Source: Elusimicrobiota bacterium (GTDB lineage: Bacteria > Elusimicrobiota > Elusimicrobia > UBA1565 > UBA9628). Taken from it: a DNA stretch of 64,000 bases. The translations under genes were made by a program, and so were the position numbers. The stretch covers positions 5,002-69,001 of the forward strand of contig DATLUA010000054.1 of assembly GCA_035533295.1 (NCBI GenBank), in the 5' to 3' direction. Below are positions 51,666-60,558 of this stretch, in pieces; position 1 is the stretch's first letter, and each line of letters begins with the position of its first letter. A model generated the notes under the pieces. That model was not told the origin of the DNA and did not search any database. It was given only the letters and a program-made list of their open reading frames with translations.

Positions 51666-52370
51666 TTGAACAAAACGATAGTCCCCGCCGACTTGAAGCC
51701 TTATCTTCGCTACTCCGTCTTTCTGCACGCGGCCATCGGCTTCGCCATGGCTCTGGCCTTCATCAAGAGCGCGCCGCGGATGAGCGGCGTCTACACCATC
51801 GACGTCGTGGGCCCGGCGCCCTCCATCGCGGAAAACCAAAGCGCCGCGGCGGCCAAAAAGTCCGGCCCAGCCGCCGTTGCGAAGGCCGCCGCGGGCCACA
51901 TGGAGGAGCAAAGAAAAACGCGGGAGTTCGGCGCGCGGCGCCGCCCGCAGGAGGCCCTGCCGCCGCCCAGCCTTCTTGAGGGCTATCAAAACGTATCCGC
52001 GTCCAAGCCCGCGCCGGCGGCCGCGGCTCCGGCCGAGGAATCCGCTAAGCCCGCGGGCTCTGCCGCGCCCGGCTCGGTGAGCATGTCGCTCTCGAATTTC
52101 CCATACCCGTGGTACATCAGCCAAATCCGCATGGCGCTTTGGCGGCAGTGGTCGGAGCGCATGCCGGGCGGCGGCGGCAGCAGCGTCGTGGTCTTTTCCA
52201 TACTTCCCGATGGGAACGTCACGGATTTGCGCACCGAGGAAAGCTCGGGAGACGCGGCTTTCGATTTGACGGCCCTGGGCGCGGTCAAGGACGCGGCGCC
52301 CTTTCCGCCGCTGCCCGCGGGCTTCAAGAAGCCTTTCTTGACGATTCATCTGACCTTGACGTCCTCCTAG
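51666..52370 (+). CDS. TonB/TolA-like energy-transducer protein
   Basis: N-terminal TM (YSVFLHAAIGFAMALAFI), an Ala/Pro-rich linker, and a C-terminal FPYPWYISQIRMALWRQW...VVVFSILPDGNVTDLRTEESSGDAAFDLTALGAVKDAAPFPPLP (TonB_C-like). TTG start. Confidence 0.75.
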   Translation: MNKTIVPADLKPYLRYSVFLHAAIGFAMALAFIKSAPRMSGVYTIDVVGPAPSIAENQSAAAAKKSGPAAVAKAAAGHMEEQRKTREFGARRRPQEALPPPSLLEGYQNVSASKPAPAAAAPAEESAKPAGSAAPGSVSMSLSNFPYPWYISQIRMALWRQWSERMPGGGGSSVVVFSILPDGNVTDLRTEESSGDAAFDLTALGAVKDAAPFPPLPAGFKKPFLTIHLTLTSS

Positions 52371-52466
52371 CGCTCGTCGGCCGAGCCCGTTTCCTTACGG
52401 CTTCCCCTCGTGAAATAAATTCGTGACACGCTCCGCGTATTATTTCCCCGCAGGCCGGGAAATCCC

Positions 52467-52871
52467 ATGGCGATTCTCCGATTTACCTTCTACGGCGTCC
52501 TCGTCTACTTGTACTATCTCGTTGCCTATCCCGACTGGACCAGCGTCGGCTGGGGGCTCAAGTGCTTCCCGGCTATTTTATGCGCGGCGGGCGCGCTCTA
52601 TCTGCTCTTCAAGCTCATGAACTGGAGCCCGGGCTTGGCCAAGGTCGCGATGGAAGGGATCTTCATCGCCGGCGTCGCGGTCTACATGGGATATAGCATG
52701 CCGACCAGGCTCGGAGAGCCTTCCCCTGTCAAGCAGTGGATCAACGGCCGCCGTCCAACGCAGATCGACGCCGAAGTGGGCTTAAAACGCCTGGGCGTCG
52801 ATCCGGGATCCATTCCCGGGCAATGGGTCGTGGGGCTTTTTCCCTACCGGGCCGCAAGGCGCTTTCCTTAA
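52467..52871 (+). CDS. Small integral membrane protein, unknown function
   Basis: 134 aa, 3-4 TM helices, high third-position GC. Its stop overlaps the cinA stop (TTAA). Confidence 0.55.
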   Translation: MAILRFTFYGVLVYLYYLVAYPDWTSVGWGLKCFPAILCAAGALYLLFKLMNWSPGLAKVAMEGIFIAGVAVYMGYSMPTRLGEPSPVKQWINGRRPTQIDAEVGLKRLGVDPGSIPGQWVVGLFPYRAARRFP

Positions 52872-54187
52872 GCGGCCCGGCACTGCTTGGCTCCGCCGTG
52901 GAAGCGGCGCCGCTGAGCCAAAAAGCGCCAGAGGCGGTAGAGCGCCGCCGCGGCGGCGCGCTCCCGGACGGTCTGCCGCGAGCCCAGAAAACGGCCTTGC
53001 CACGCCTCCGTGCGGCCGTCCGGGCCGGCCAAGCCGATGTAGACCAAGCCCACGGGCTTGGCCTTCGTGCCGCCGGAAGGCCCCGCGATGCCGGTGATGG
53101 AGATTCCAATGGAGGCGCCGGCCGCGCGGCGCGCGCCTTCGGCCATCTCGCGGGCGCATTCGGCGGAGACCGCGCCACGGCGCTTGAGCGTTTTCGGCGA
53201 GACGCCCAGGAGCCTGATTTTTAAATCGTTGGAATAAGAAATCACGCCGCCCTTGAAATAATCCGAGCTGCCCGGAACGGCGGTCACGCGCCCGGAGAAA
53301 AATCCCGCGGTGCACGATTCCGCCGCGGCTAAGGTGAGGCGCCGGCGGCGCAGAAGATTGCCCGCGGCGGACTCAAGCGTCGACTCCCCCTCGCCGAAAG
53401 CGTGCGTGCCTACGGCGCGGCGGATGAGGCGGCGCACGCGGGTTATTTTTTGTTCGGCGGCGGCCGCGCTTGCGGCCCTTACGGCCGCGTGAAAGTCCAC
53501 CTGGCCGCGGCCGGCCAGGATGGTAAAGGTTTCGCCGGGCTGGGGCTTGCGCGTCAGGACTTGCAGGCGTTCATCGGCGGCCGATTCGGAGATTCCAGCC
53601 AAGTGCACGCTCAAGGCGCGCGAGAAAATTCCACGGACGTAGAGGGATTTTAAGCGCGGCAGGATTTCCCGCTCGAACATCGGCGAGAGCTCCGCGAAAG
53701 GCCCCGGCAGCAGGGCCAGCGTCTTGGGCCGGGAGCCGCCCGCGCTGGACAACTCAAGCCACTGCCCCGGAGCCGAGCCGAAGTCGTTTTTGAGCGCGCG
53801 GGCGCCCTCTATGACGAAGGCTTGGCGGCGGTTCTCCGCGGGCATCGCGGTGCGGAAACGCTTGAAGCGGCGCTTGATTTGCGCGAAAAGCTCCGGCTTG
53901 AAAATCAGCGGCCGCCCCAAGGCGTCCGCCGCGGCCTCGCGGGTGATGTCGTCGAAAGTCGGGCCCAGGCCGCCGCAGACGATGAGCGCGTCGGCGCGCG
54001 AGAAAGCCTCCGCGACGGCGCGCCGCAAGGGCGCCAAGTCGTCCGGCAGCGAGCTTTCGCGGGACAAGGGCAGCCCGAGCTTGGCCAGCGCCAGGGAGAT
54101 GTAGGCTTGGTGGGTGTTGACCTTGCCGCCTAGAAGTTCGCTGCCGACGCAGAGAAGCTCGACGCGGGGCTTGGGACGCCGGGTCAC
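52868..54187 (-). CDS. cinA: CinA-family protein (MoCF-like domain + nicotinamide-nucleotide amidohydrolase PncC domain)
   Basis: VELLCVGSELLGGKVNTHQAYISLALAKLGL...LIVCGGLGPTFDDITREA...LAAAESCTAGFFSGRVTAVPGSSDYFKGGVISYSN. Start set to GTG 54187 (GTGA overlap with the upstream stop). Confidence 0.88.
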   Translation of the reverse strand: MTRRPKPRVELLCVGSELLGGKVNTHQAYISLALAKLGLPLSRESSLPDDLAPLRRAVAEAFSRADALIVCGGLGPTFDDITREAAADALGRPLIFKPELFAQIKRRFKRFRTAMPAENRRQAFVIEGARALKNDFGSAPGQWLELSSAGGSRPKTLALLPGPFAELSPMFEREILPRLKSLYVRGIFSRALSVHLAGISESAADERLQVLTRKPQPGETFTILAGRGQVDFHAAVRAASAAAAEQKITRVRRLIRRAVGTHAFGEGESTLESAAGNLLRRRRLTLAAAESCTAGFFSGRVTAVPGSSDYFKGGVISYSNDLKIRLLGVSPKTLKRRGAVSAECAREMAEGARRAAGASIGISITGIAGPSGGTKAKPVGLVYIGLAGPDGRTEAWQGRFLGSRQTVRERAAAAALYRLWRFLAQRRRFHGGAKQCRAA

Positions 54188-54498
54188 TGGTAGAAGCCGA
54201 CGGGTTTTTGTCCGCCGGATGGGGCGGGCTCTCCGGCCGGGACGGCGCCGAAACGCGCTTCGTACTTCTCGATGTTGTCCTTGAGCGCCCACAAGAGCCG
54301 CTTGGCGTGCACCGGGGAGGACACGATGCGCGCGAGGACCTTCGATTTCGGGCTCTGCGGCTGCAGGAACAGGAAATCGAGCACGAACTCGGTCTCGCTG
54401 TGCGTGATGAGCGCCAAGTTGGCGTAGGCGCCCCGCGCCGTGGCGTCATCGATTTCGATCTTCAGCTGGGGCTGGGGAGCGGGCTTTTTTTCTTCCAT
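54184..54498 (-). CDS. DUF3467-family small protein
   Basis: MEEKKPAPQPQLKIEIDDATARGAYANLALITHSETEFVLDFLFLQPQSPKSKVLARIVSSPVHAKRLLWAL... matches my memory of DUF3467. Confidence 0.7.
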   Translation of the reverse strand: MEEKKPAPQPQLKIEIDDATARGAYANLALITHSETEFVLDFLFLQPQSPKSKVLARIVSSPVHAKRLLWALKDNIEKYEARFGAVPAGEPAPSGGQKPVGFYQ

Positions 54499-54510
54499 GG
54501 CCCGAGTGTA

Positions 54511-57500
54511 TTATTTTTTCTCTTTGATGAACAACGCCGCGGCGGCGGGCAACACGATCAAGGTTAATATCGTCGAGGTCAAGATGCCGCCGATGACGGC
54601 CACGGCCATAGGCTGCTCGAGCTCCGAACCCGTGCCCCAGCCGGTCGCCAGAGGCACCAGGCCCAGGACCATGACCGAGGCGGTCATCAAAATGGGGCGC
54701 ACGCGCTTCAAGGCCGCCGAGGAAATGGCTTCTTTTAATGGAACGCCTTCCGCGACCTGGGTGTTCATATAGTCCAAAAGCAAGATGCCGTTGCGGACTA
54801 CGATGCCGACGAGCAAAACCGCGCCGATCATGGAGGAGACGTTCACGGTCTGATGGCAGAGCCAGAGGCTGAAAACGGCGCCTACCCCGGCCAAAGGGAC
54901 GGTCAGGAGGATAATGAAAACCTGCGTCCAGGAACGGAACTCCAGCCACATGATGAGGGCGACCACGACGATCGCGAAGCCCAGCACCATCAGCAGGTTG
55001 GAGAAGGACTTCTGCTGGGCGGCGTATTTTCCGGTAAAGGCCCAGGAGTAGCCCGGGGGCAGGTGCAGGTCCTCGACAGCCTTCCGCACGTCTGCGGCCA
55101 CGTCCCGAGCGTTGCGGCCGCTGATGTTCGCGGTGACGGTGACCATGCGGCTTAAGTGCTCATGGTCGATTTCGCTTGGGATCTCGCTGTAGCTTAAGTT
55201 CGCCACCTGTTCCAAGGGCACGATGTTCCCCCCTGCGGTCCGCAAGGGCAGGCTGTCCATGGCCTCGAAATCGATGTTTTGGCCGGGGGTGGCGTAGTGC
55301 AGGGTCACGTTGATGCGCTTTAAGACTTGGTGGATGGTTGTGGCGACCAAGCCCACCGAGTAGGCGTCCAAAGTGTCGTAGATGGTTTTTTCCGAGATGC
55401 CCAGGCGGCCGGCTTCCTTTTTGTTGAGGGTCACCTGAAGCGAAGGCACCGGAATGGTGGCCGGAGGCATCAAATTGACGATGCCCGGAAGAGGCTTCAT
55501 GGATTTGACCAGTTTCTGCGCGTAGGAGTTGAGCTTTCCCAAATCCGGGCCAAAAATATTGACGCCCAAGTCGGCCGGCACGCCGCCCATGGCGTCGTTG
55601 ATCTTGTCCGCCAAAGGCATAAGATACTCGGCCGAGACGCTGGGCAAGGCGTCGGTCCTGGCGTTCATCATGGCGATGAATTCCTTGAGCGGGATGGGCC
55701 TCTTGGTCTTTGGCACGAGCTTGATCATGATGTCGCTGTGATTGATGTTGTCCGTGTCCTCCGCGCCCGCGGCATGCCCAGTGAGGCGGGCCACGGTCAC
55801 CACGCCCGGCAAGCTCTGCGCCCACTTCTCGATTTTTCGGTTGACCCGTTCGGCTTCGGTCAGGGAAACTCCGGGCGGCATGAGGGTCGACAATAAAACC
55901 GCGCCTTCGTCCAGGCTCGGCAGGAACTCCACGTTGAGCTTGCGGAAAAATCCCAAGGCGGCCACGGCGGGCAAAAGCCCTAGGACAATGGCCGCCAGCG
56001 GCCGCCGCATCGCGGCCTTGAGGATTTTGGAATATCCGTGCTTGAGCGGGCCTTCGGTTTCCTCGGGGGGCGCGTCCTTCTCCGTGAGCCAATAGAGAGC
56101 CAGGGTGGGGATGACGGTCACGGCGACGATCAGGGACGCGAGGATGGTGAAGGTCACGGTGAAGCTTACCGGCGAGAAGAGCCGGCCGGCGAAGCCCGCC
56201 ACGAACACCATGGGCAAAAAGATGCCGATGTTGGTCATCGTGGAAACCACGACGGGCTTGATGACTTCCTGGGTCGCGGCGATGACCAGGTCCTTATGGC
56301 CCAGCTTTCCGCGCAGGGCCGGCGTGGAGAGCCAGCGGAAAATATTCTCCAGCACCACGATGGCGTCGTCGACGATGATGGCCGTGCCGATGGCGAGTCC
56401 TCCCAGGGACATGACGTTTAGGCCGATGCCCAAAACACGCATGAGAATCAGCGCGGCCACGACCGAAATGGGAATGCTGATGGTGGCGATGAGCGTGGTC
56501 TTGGAGCTTCGCAAGGCGAAGGCCAGCACCAGGATGACCAAAAGCCCGCCGATCCAGACGTTCTCCTTGACGTTTTCGATGGAGTCCGAAACGAGCTGGG
56601 CTTGGTCGTAGTAGTTGTGGATGGTGACGCCTTCGGGCAGGCTCTTCGAAAATGTCTTGATTTCGGCGTCGGTGCGGGCGGCCACGTCAAGCGTGCCGAA
56701 GGAGGGCTGCTTGAATATCTGGATGAGCACGGCAGGATGCCCGTCCTCCGAAGTGTCCCCCCGTTCGTATTGGTAGGTTTGGGTCACACGCGCGACGTCC
56801 TTGACCCGCACGGGGATCCCGTCCTTGACCGCGATGACGACTTCCCCGATTTCCACCGCGCTGCTGAACTGCCCGTCCGAGTGGAGGACGAGCTCCTGGC
56901 TGTCGTGAACCACGGTGCCTGGGTTGGCCAGGATGTTGTTGTCTGCCAGCGCCGTGCGCACGTCCTCCAAAGTCACGCCGTACTTGATCATGAGGTAGGG
57001 ATTGAGGCGCACGGAGTATTCCAGCGCCTTGCCGCCAATGACCAGGACCTTGTAGACGCCCATAATGCGCTGGAGCTGCGGCCGCAGCTGATAAGCCGCG
57101 ATGTCGCGCAGCTCCGCGGGGCTGGTATTTGGGCCGCCGCTCAGGCTGTATCCCTGAATCATGGCCAGGGTGGCGCCCAAGGTCTCCACGCTGGGCTCGG
57201 TGTTGGGCGGCAGTTGGCCGCGGATGGAGGACAGCGCCTGGAGAATGAGTTCGCGGGCCTGAAGCATGTCGGTGCCCCAGGCGAACTGGATGGAGACCAT
57301 GGAAATGCCCGTAGCCGAGGCAGAGCGCACCTTGCGCACGCCTAAAACGCCGCTGAAGGCGCTTTCAAGGGGAACGGTGATCTGCCGCTCCATTTCCAAT
57401 GAGGAGTAGCTGGGCATCTGCGTGACTACGCTTAGGATCGGAAAATTGAGGGATGGAAACAGCCCCACCTGCAAACCCTTGTTGGACGCGAAGCCGGCCA

Positions 57501-57573
57501 GGAAAATCAGGGCCACGGCCATCGCGACCATCTTCGGAGCTTCGAGCAGCTTGGAGAGCAATTTTTTGAACAT
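54511..57573 (-). CDS. RND efflux pump inner-membrane permease (CzcA/CusA-like)
   Basis: 1020 aa, 12 TM and two large periplasmic loops. N-terminus ...VAMAVALIFLAGFASNKGLQVGLFPSLNFPILSVVTQMPSYSSLEMERQITVPLE. Confidence 0.93.
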   Translation of the reverse strand: MFKKLLSKLLEAPKMVAMAVALIFLAGFASNKGLQVGLFPSLNFPILSVVTQMPSYSSLEMERQITVPLESAFSGVLGVRKVRSASATGISMVSIQFAWGTDMLQARELILQALSSIRGQLPPNTEPSVETLGATLAMIQGYSLSGGPNTSPAELRDIAAYQLRPQLQRIMGVYKVLVIGGKALEYSVRLNPYLMIKYGVTLEDVRTALADNNILANPGTVVHDSQELVLHSDGQFSSAVEIGEVVIAVKDGIPVRVKDVARVTQTYQYERGDTSEDGHPAVLIQIFKQPSFGTLDVAARTDAEIKTFSKSLPEGVTIHNYYDQAQLVSDSIENVKENVWIGGLLVILVLAFALRSSKTTLIATISIPISVVAALILMRVLGIGLNVMSLGGLAIGTAIIVDDAIVVLENIFRWLSTPALRGKLGHKDLVIAATQEVIKPVVVSTMTNIGIFLPMVFVAGFAGRLFSPVSFTVTFTILASLIVAVTVIPTLALYWLTEKDAPPEETEGPLKHGYSKILKAAMRRPLAAIVLGLLPAVAALGFFRKLNVEFLPSLDEGAVLLSTLMPPGVSLTEAERVNRKIEKWAQSLPGVVTVARLTGHAAGAEDTDNINHSDIMIKLVPKTKRPIPLKEFIAMMNARTDALPSVSAEYLMPLADKINDAMGGVPADLGVNIFGPDLGKLNSYAQKLVKSMKPLPGIVNLMPPATIPVPSLQVTLNKKEAGRLGISEKTIYDTLDAYSVGLVATTIHQVLKRINVTLHYATPGQNIDFEAMDSLPLRTAGGNIVPLEQVANLSYSEIPSEIDHEHLSRMVTVTANISGRNARDVAADVRKAVEDLHLPPGYSWAFTGKYAAQQKSFSNLLMVLGFAIVVVALIMWLEFRSWTQVFIILLTVPLAGVGAVFSLWLCHQTVNVSSMIGAVLLVGIVVRNGILLLDYMNTQVAEGVPLKEAISSAALKRVRPILMTASVMVLGLVPLATGWGTGSELEQPMAVAVIGGILTSTILTLIVLPAAAALFIKEKK

Positions 57574-57579
57574 GGCGGT

Positions 57580-58239
57580 CTAGTCCGCCTCCGCTTTGAA
57601 ATCGGGATACAAGTATCCGATGCCGCCTTGAACCACGACCCGATCTCCGGGCTTCAAGCCGGATTTTATTTCCACCGCCTCGTTCGTGACTTCTCCCAAA
57701 GTCACCGCCGTCGGGACATAGTTCGTCTGCCCTGATGGATTTTCCGGCGGCTCGGCGCGGATGACCCAGGCCTGCCCGCTCTTGAAGAGCACCGCCGCGG
57801 GCGGAACGGCGAGGACATGGTGGCGCACCCGAGTTATGATGCGCGCGTCGACGAAATTGCCCACGGGCACGTCGCCGTCGCCGACGGGCCTTAGCCAGGC
57901 GATAGACTGTCCGGTCTCGGCGCTGACGGCGCGCAGGATCCGCGCTACGCGGCAATGGATGGGCGCGGTCGACGGCGCCACGTAAGCCGTGGCGCTTTCG
58001 CCGCGGAAAACTCGGGGCGTGTCCGCCGCCTCGATATTGACCGCGAACTCAAGCCGGCCGGTCTCCTCGGTTGAGATCCCGTAGCCGGGCACATATTCCT
58101 TAAGATCCTGCAAGCGCGCCCGTACTACGGCGGGCTGGTCATCAAGGGCGGGAAGCGCCGCCATGCGTTTTTCGGAGCAGCCCGCAAGGCAGAGGAGGGC
58201 CGTCGTCAATGCAGAGGTCGCGCGCAGTGCCCTATTCAT
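57580..58239 (-). CDS. Short RND periplasmic adaptor (MFP) lipoprotein
   Basis: Lipobox LLCLAGCSEK. C-terminal beta-barrel/MP-like ...HVLAVPPAAVLFKSGQAWVIRAE...VEIKSGLKPGDRVVVQG. Only 219 aa; no coiled-coil hairpin segment is evident. Confidence 0.7.
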   Translation of the reverse strand: MNRALRATSALTTALLCLAGCSEKRMAALPALDDQPAVVRARLQDLKEYVPGYGISTEETGRLEFAVNIEAADTPRVFRGESATAYVAPSTAPIHCRVARILRAVSAETGQSIAWLRPVGDGDVPVGNFVDARIITRVRHHVLAVPPAAVLFKSGQAWVIRAEPPENPSGQTNYVPTAVTLGEVTNEAVEIKSGLKPGDRVVVQGGIGYLYPDFKAEAD

Positions 58240-59518
58240 AAATCTTGGCGGCGGCGGGGCCGCCTTGTCCGGTCAAATCCTGCATGGCGGCCAAATCTTG
58301 AAGGTAGGAATAGTAGGCCGCGCGTTCCCCGAGCAAAGCGTTGAGCCAAATTTGCATGGCGCCAGTGGCTTCCAGAATGGTCGTGGCGCCGCGGCGGTAG
58401 CGTTCCACGGTTGATTGAGCCGAGCGGCGGCTCTCGGGCAAGAGGTTCTGGAGGCGCTTCATCTCGGCCAAGTCTGCTTGGGCTTGGACCTCCGCACGCG
58501 CAAAAGTAGCGGTAAGCGCCTGCTCCTTCGCCGCCAGCGCGTTGTCCGCTAGGGAGACTGAAGTTTGATTTTGGCGGATGCGCGAGGAAATTTGCCCCCA
58601 GTCGAAGATGTTGAGCCGCAAGCCAACGCTGAGCACGTGTCCCATTATGGTCTCTTTCATGGTCGGTCCGCCGTAGCCGTATTGATAGTTGGCGACCAGT
58701 TGGGGGTAGCGCTGGCCACGGGCTTCTTTCAGGCCCATTTTTGCGGCGTCGGCCTGCGCTTTGAGCGAGGCCAGAGCCGGGCTTCCTTCGACTTGACCGT
58801 AAGAGAAGCTGGGAATGGCGGGCAAGGCCGAGATGGGTTTGAGCGCCAAGCCCTCTTTCGTCGAGAGCCCGAGGATGAGGGCCAGCTGCGTTTCATCCGT
58901 CTCCAACTGGACGGAGAGCAAATCGTGCAGTCGGGCCAAGTTCGCCAGGCTGGATTTGACTTGAATCAAATCAAAAGGCGGCGCGCGGCCCATGGTGTAG
59001 CGCGGGATGACGGTCAGGCGCAGGCGATTAAAGCGCTCCTCGACCTTGTTCAAGTCCGCCACGGCGTCCTGATTATTAAGGATGGAGAAATAAAGGCTTT
59101 CGATCGTGAGCGCGACATCCTGCTTGGTCTGGATTTTGGCGTATTGGGCGGCGCGCGAAAGAGCGTCCAGACGCTCGCGCTCGTACCACTTCGGAGAGAA
59201 AGGAAAGCCGTCGTAGTTGACCGCGACCGCTCCGTTTTCCGAATTGTCCAGAATGGGGGCGTAAAGCGGGCTGTTGGTCTCCGTATACCCCCCCAACGCG
59301 GAAACGGCGGGCAGAAGGTTTCGCAGCGCCTCTTGTTTTTGCTGCCGGGCCAGAAGCGCCTGGAGTTGGGCCCTGACGCTTTGCGGCGACTTGGCTTCGG
59401 CAAGCGCCAGGCATTGGGCCAGGGTGAGTTCCTGCGGCTGAGCCGACGCGGAAAGGCAAAGCGAGAAAAGCGGGAGAATTAGGAGCGGCGGAATGATCTT
59501 GATGCCCGGGAACTTCAT
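58232..59518 (-). CDS. TolC-family outer-membrane efflux protein
   Basis: 428 aa. Signal peptide and two OEP repeats (LTLAQCLALAEAKSPQ..., ...ATFARAEVQAQADLAEMKRLQNLL...TILEATGAMQIWLNALL). Confidence 0.85.
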   Translation of the reverse strand: MKFPGIKIIPPLLILPLFSLCLSASAQPQELTLAQCLALAEAKSPQSVRAQLQALLARQQKQEALRNLLPAVSALGGYTETNSPLYAPILDNSENGAVAVNYDGFPFSPKWYERERLDALSRAAQYAKIQTKQDVALTIESLYFSILNNQDAVADLNKVEERFNRLRLTVIPRYTMGRAPPFDLIQVKSSLANLARLHDLLSVQLETDETQLALILGLSTKEGLALKPISALPAIPSFSYGQVEGSPALASLKAQADAAKMGLKEARGQRYPQLVANYQYGYGGPTMKETIMGHVLSVGLRLNIFDWGQISSRIRQNQTSVSLADNALAAKEQALTATFARAEVQAQADLAEMKRLQNLLPESRRSAQSTVERYRRGATTILEATGAMQIWLNALLGERAAYYSYLQDLAAMQDLTGQGGPAAAKIYE

Positions 59519-59844
59519 GGCCGAAATTCTATAAAAAAATTGCGGGCGCGGTAACCAAGGATTTCGGTGTTATAAGTAGAAGAAGAGCAAGGCATGCTTG
59601 TTCCTTTTTGGGAATACTCCATGAATACCAGAAGTGCGAGAACCAAATTCAAAGCGGCCAGCGCTGCCTTAATGAGGCCGTGGGCCATCAGGTAGAGTGC
59701 GGCGAGATGCTTGGAGTGGAGCGATAGATGGGCAGCCATGGCTCTTAAGTGGGTCGCGACGTAGTCGTCCGGATCCTCCATGAGCTCGTGCCGGGTCAGC
59801 AGCGCGACGCAGCGGTTCAACTCCGCTCGGGGGGCGGCCCACAA
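59515..59844 (-). pseudogene. DUF2127-like membrane protein fragment
   Basis: LTRHELMEDPDDYVATHLRAMAAHLSLHSKHLAALYLMAHGLIKAAL matches the central DUF2127 pattern (L-T-x-x-E-L-x-E-D-P-x-D ... Y-L-x-x-H-G-x-I-K). The open frame reaches only 59922 upstream (stop at 59923-59925), so the first TM helices are missing. The C-terminus diverges. Confidence 0.35.
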
Positions 59845-59922
59845 GAGCCGCCCCCCGACGATCTCCAGTATCCCATTGCCGCCCCAGCCCCATGCCGGCC
59901 ATGTCCGGTATATGGGAAGATG

Positions 59923-60435
59923 CTAGTTTCCCGATTTGGACTGGGGTTGAGATTCGGGCTGAGGCCGGGCCGGGGGCGCCCCGACTTGGCCGGGAGCCAA
60001 ATTGAGCGTTGGCACGGGCTGCGCGGCGGCGGCTTTATCCGCGGCTTTGTCCGCGCGTTCCTTCATTTCCTCGGCGCGCTCATCCTTCTTGGCCGCCTGC
60101 TGTCCGGAATGCTCGCCCATCATTTCCTGCTTTTCCTTGGCGGCGGACTCGGCCTGCTTTTTGATGACGGCGCCGGTGTGGGGGTTAAGCCAGACTTCCA
60201 TAATCCCGCTCGCGGACTCGACGTCGAAGGACCAGATGAGCTGGCCGGACTCTTTTTCGAGCTCGGCCTCGAGGATTTTCGCGCCTTTGACCTGTGCGCG
60301 GAGCGCGGCGGTTGCCTGCGCTCGCGTTAGGGCGGGCAGGGTGCGGTGAGTTCTCCGGCTCTGCTTGGCCGGCGCGGCGGCGAGCGCCGGCATAGCGGCG
60401 AGTAGCAATACGAGTGGTGCGACGGTGCGTTTCAT
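59923..60435 (-). CDS. PepSY-domain secreted protein
   Basis: MKRTVAPLVLLLAAMPALAA signal peptide. LTRAQATAALRAQVKGAKILEAELEKESGQLIWSFDVESASGIMEVWLNPHTGAVI is a PepSY fold signature. Lys/Glu/Ala-rich tail. Confidence 0.7.
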   Translation of the reverse strand: MKRTVAPLVLLLAAMPALAAAPAKQSRRTHRTLPALTRAQATAALRAQVKGAKILEAELEKESGQLIWSFDVESASGIMEVWLNPHTGAVIKKQAESAAKEKQEMMGEHSGQQAAKKDERAEEMKERADKAADKAAAAQPVPTLNLAPGQVGAPPARPQPESQPQSKSGN

Positions 60436-60558
60436 TGGTTTCTCCTTAATCATAGGTTCCCTACGCATTCAATCATACCGGGCTACCATTGCGGCGACCT
60501 TTCGGGAACATTACATTCGCGTAATGCTCGCGCCGAACTCGTTGGGCGGGGCCCGGAG

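Noticed and set aside
51247-51669. 140-aa ORF spanning the hairpin and the repeat cluster
   Set aside because: It reads through the terminator hairpin and the repeats (…SHPLATWLSRPSHPLATPRIPRP…). It has no coding-like third-position bias and is better explained as non-coding.
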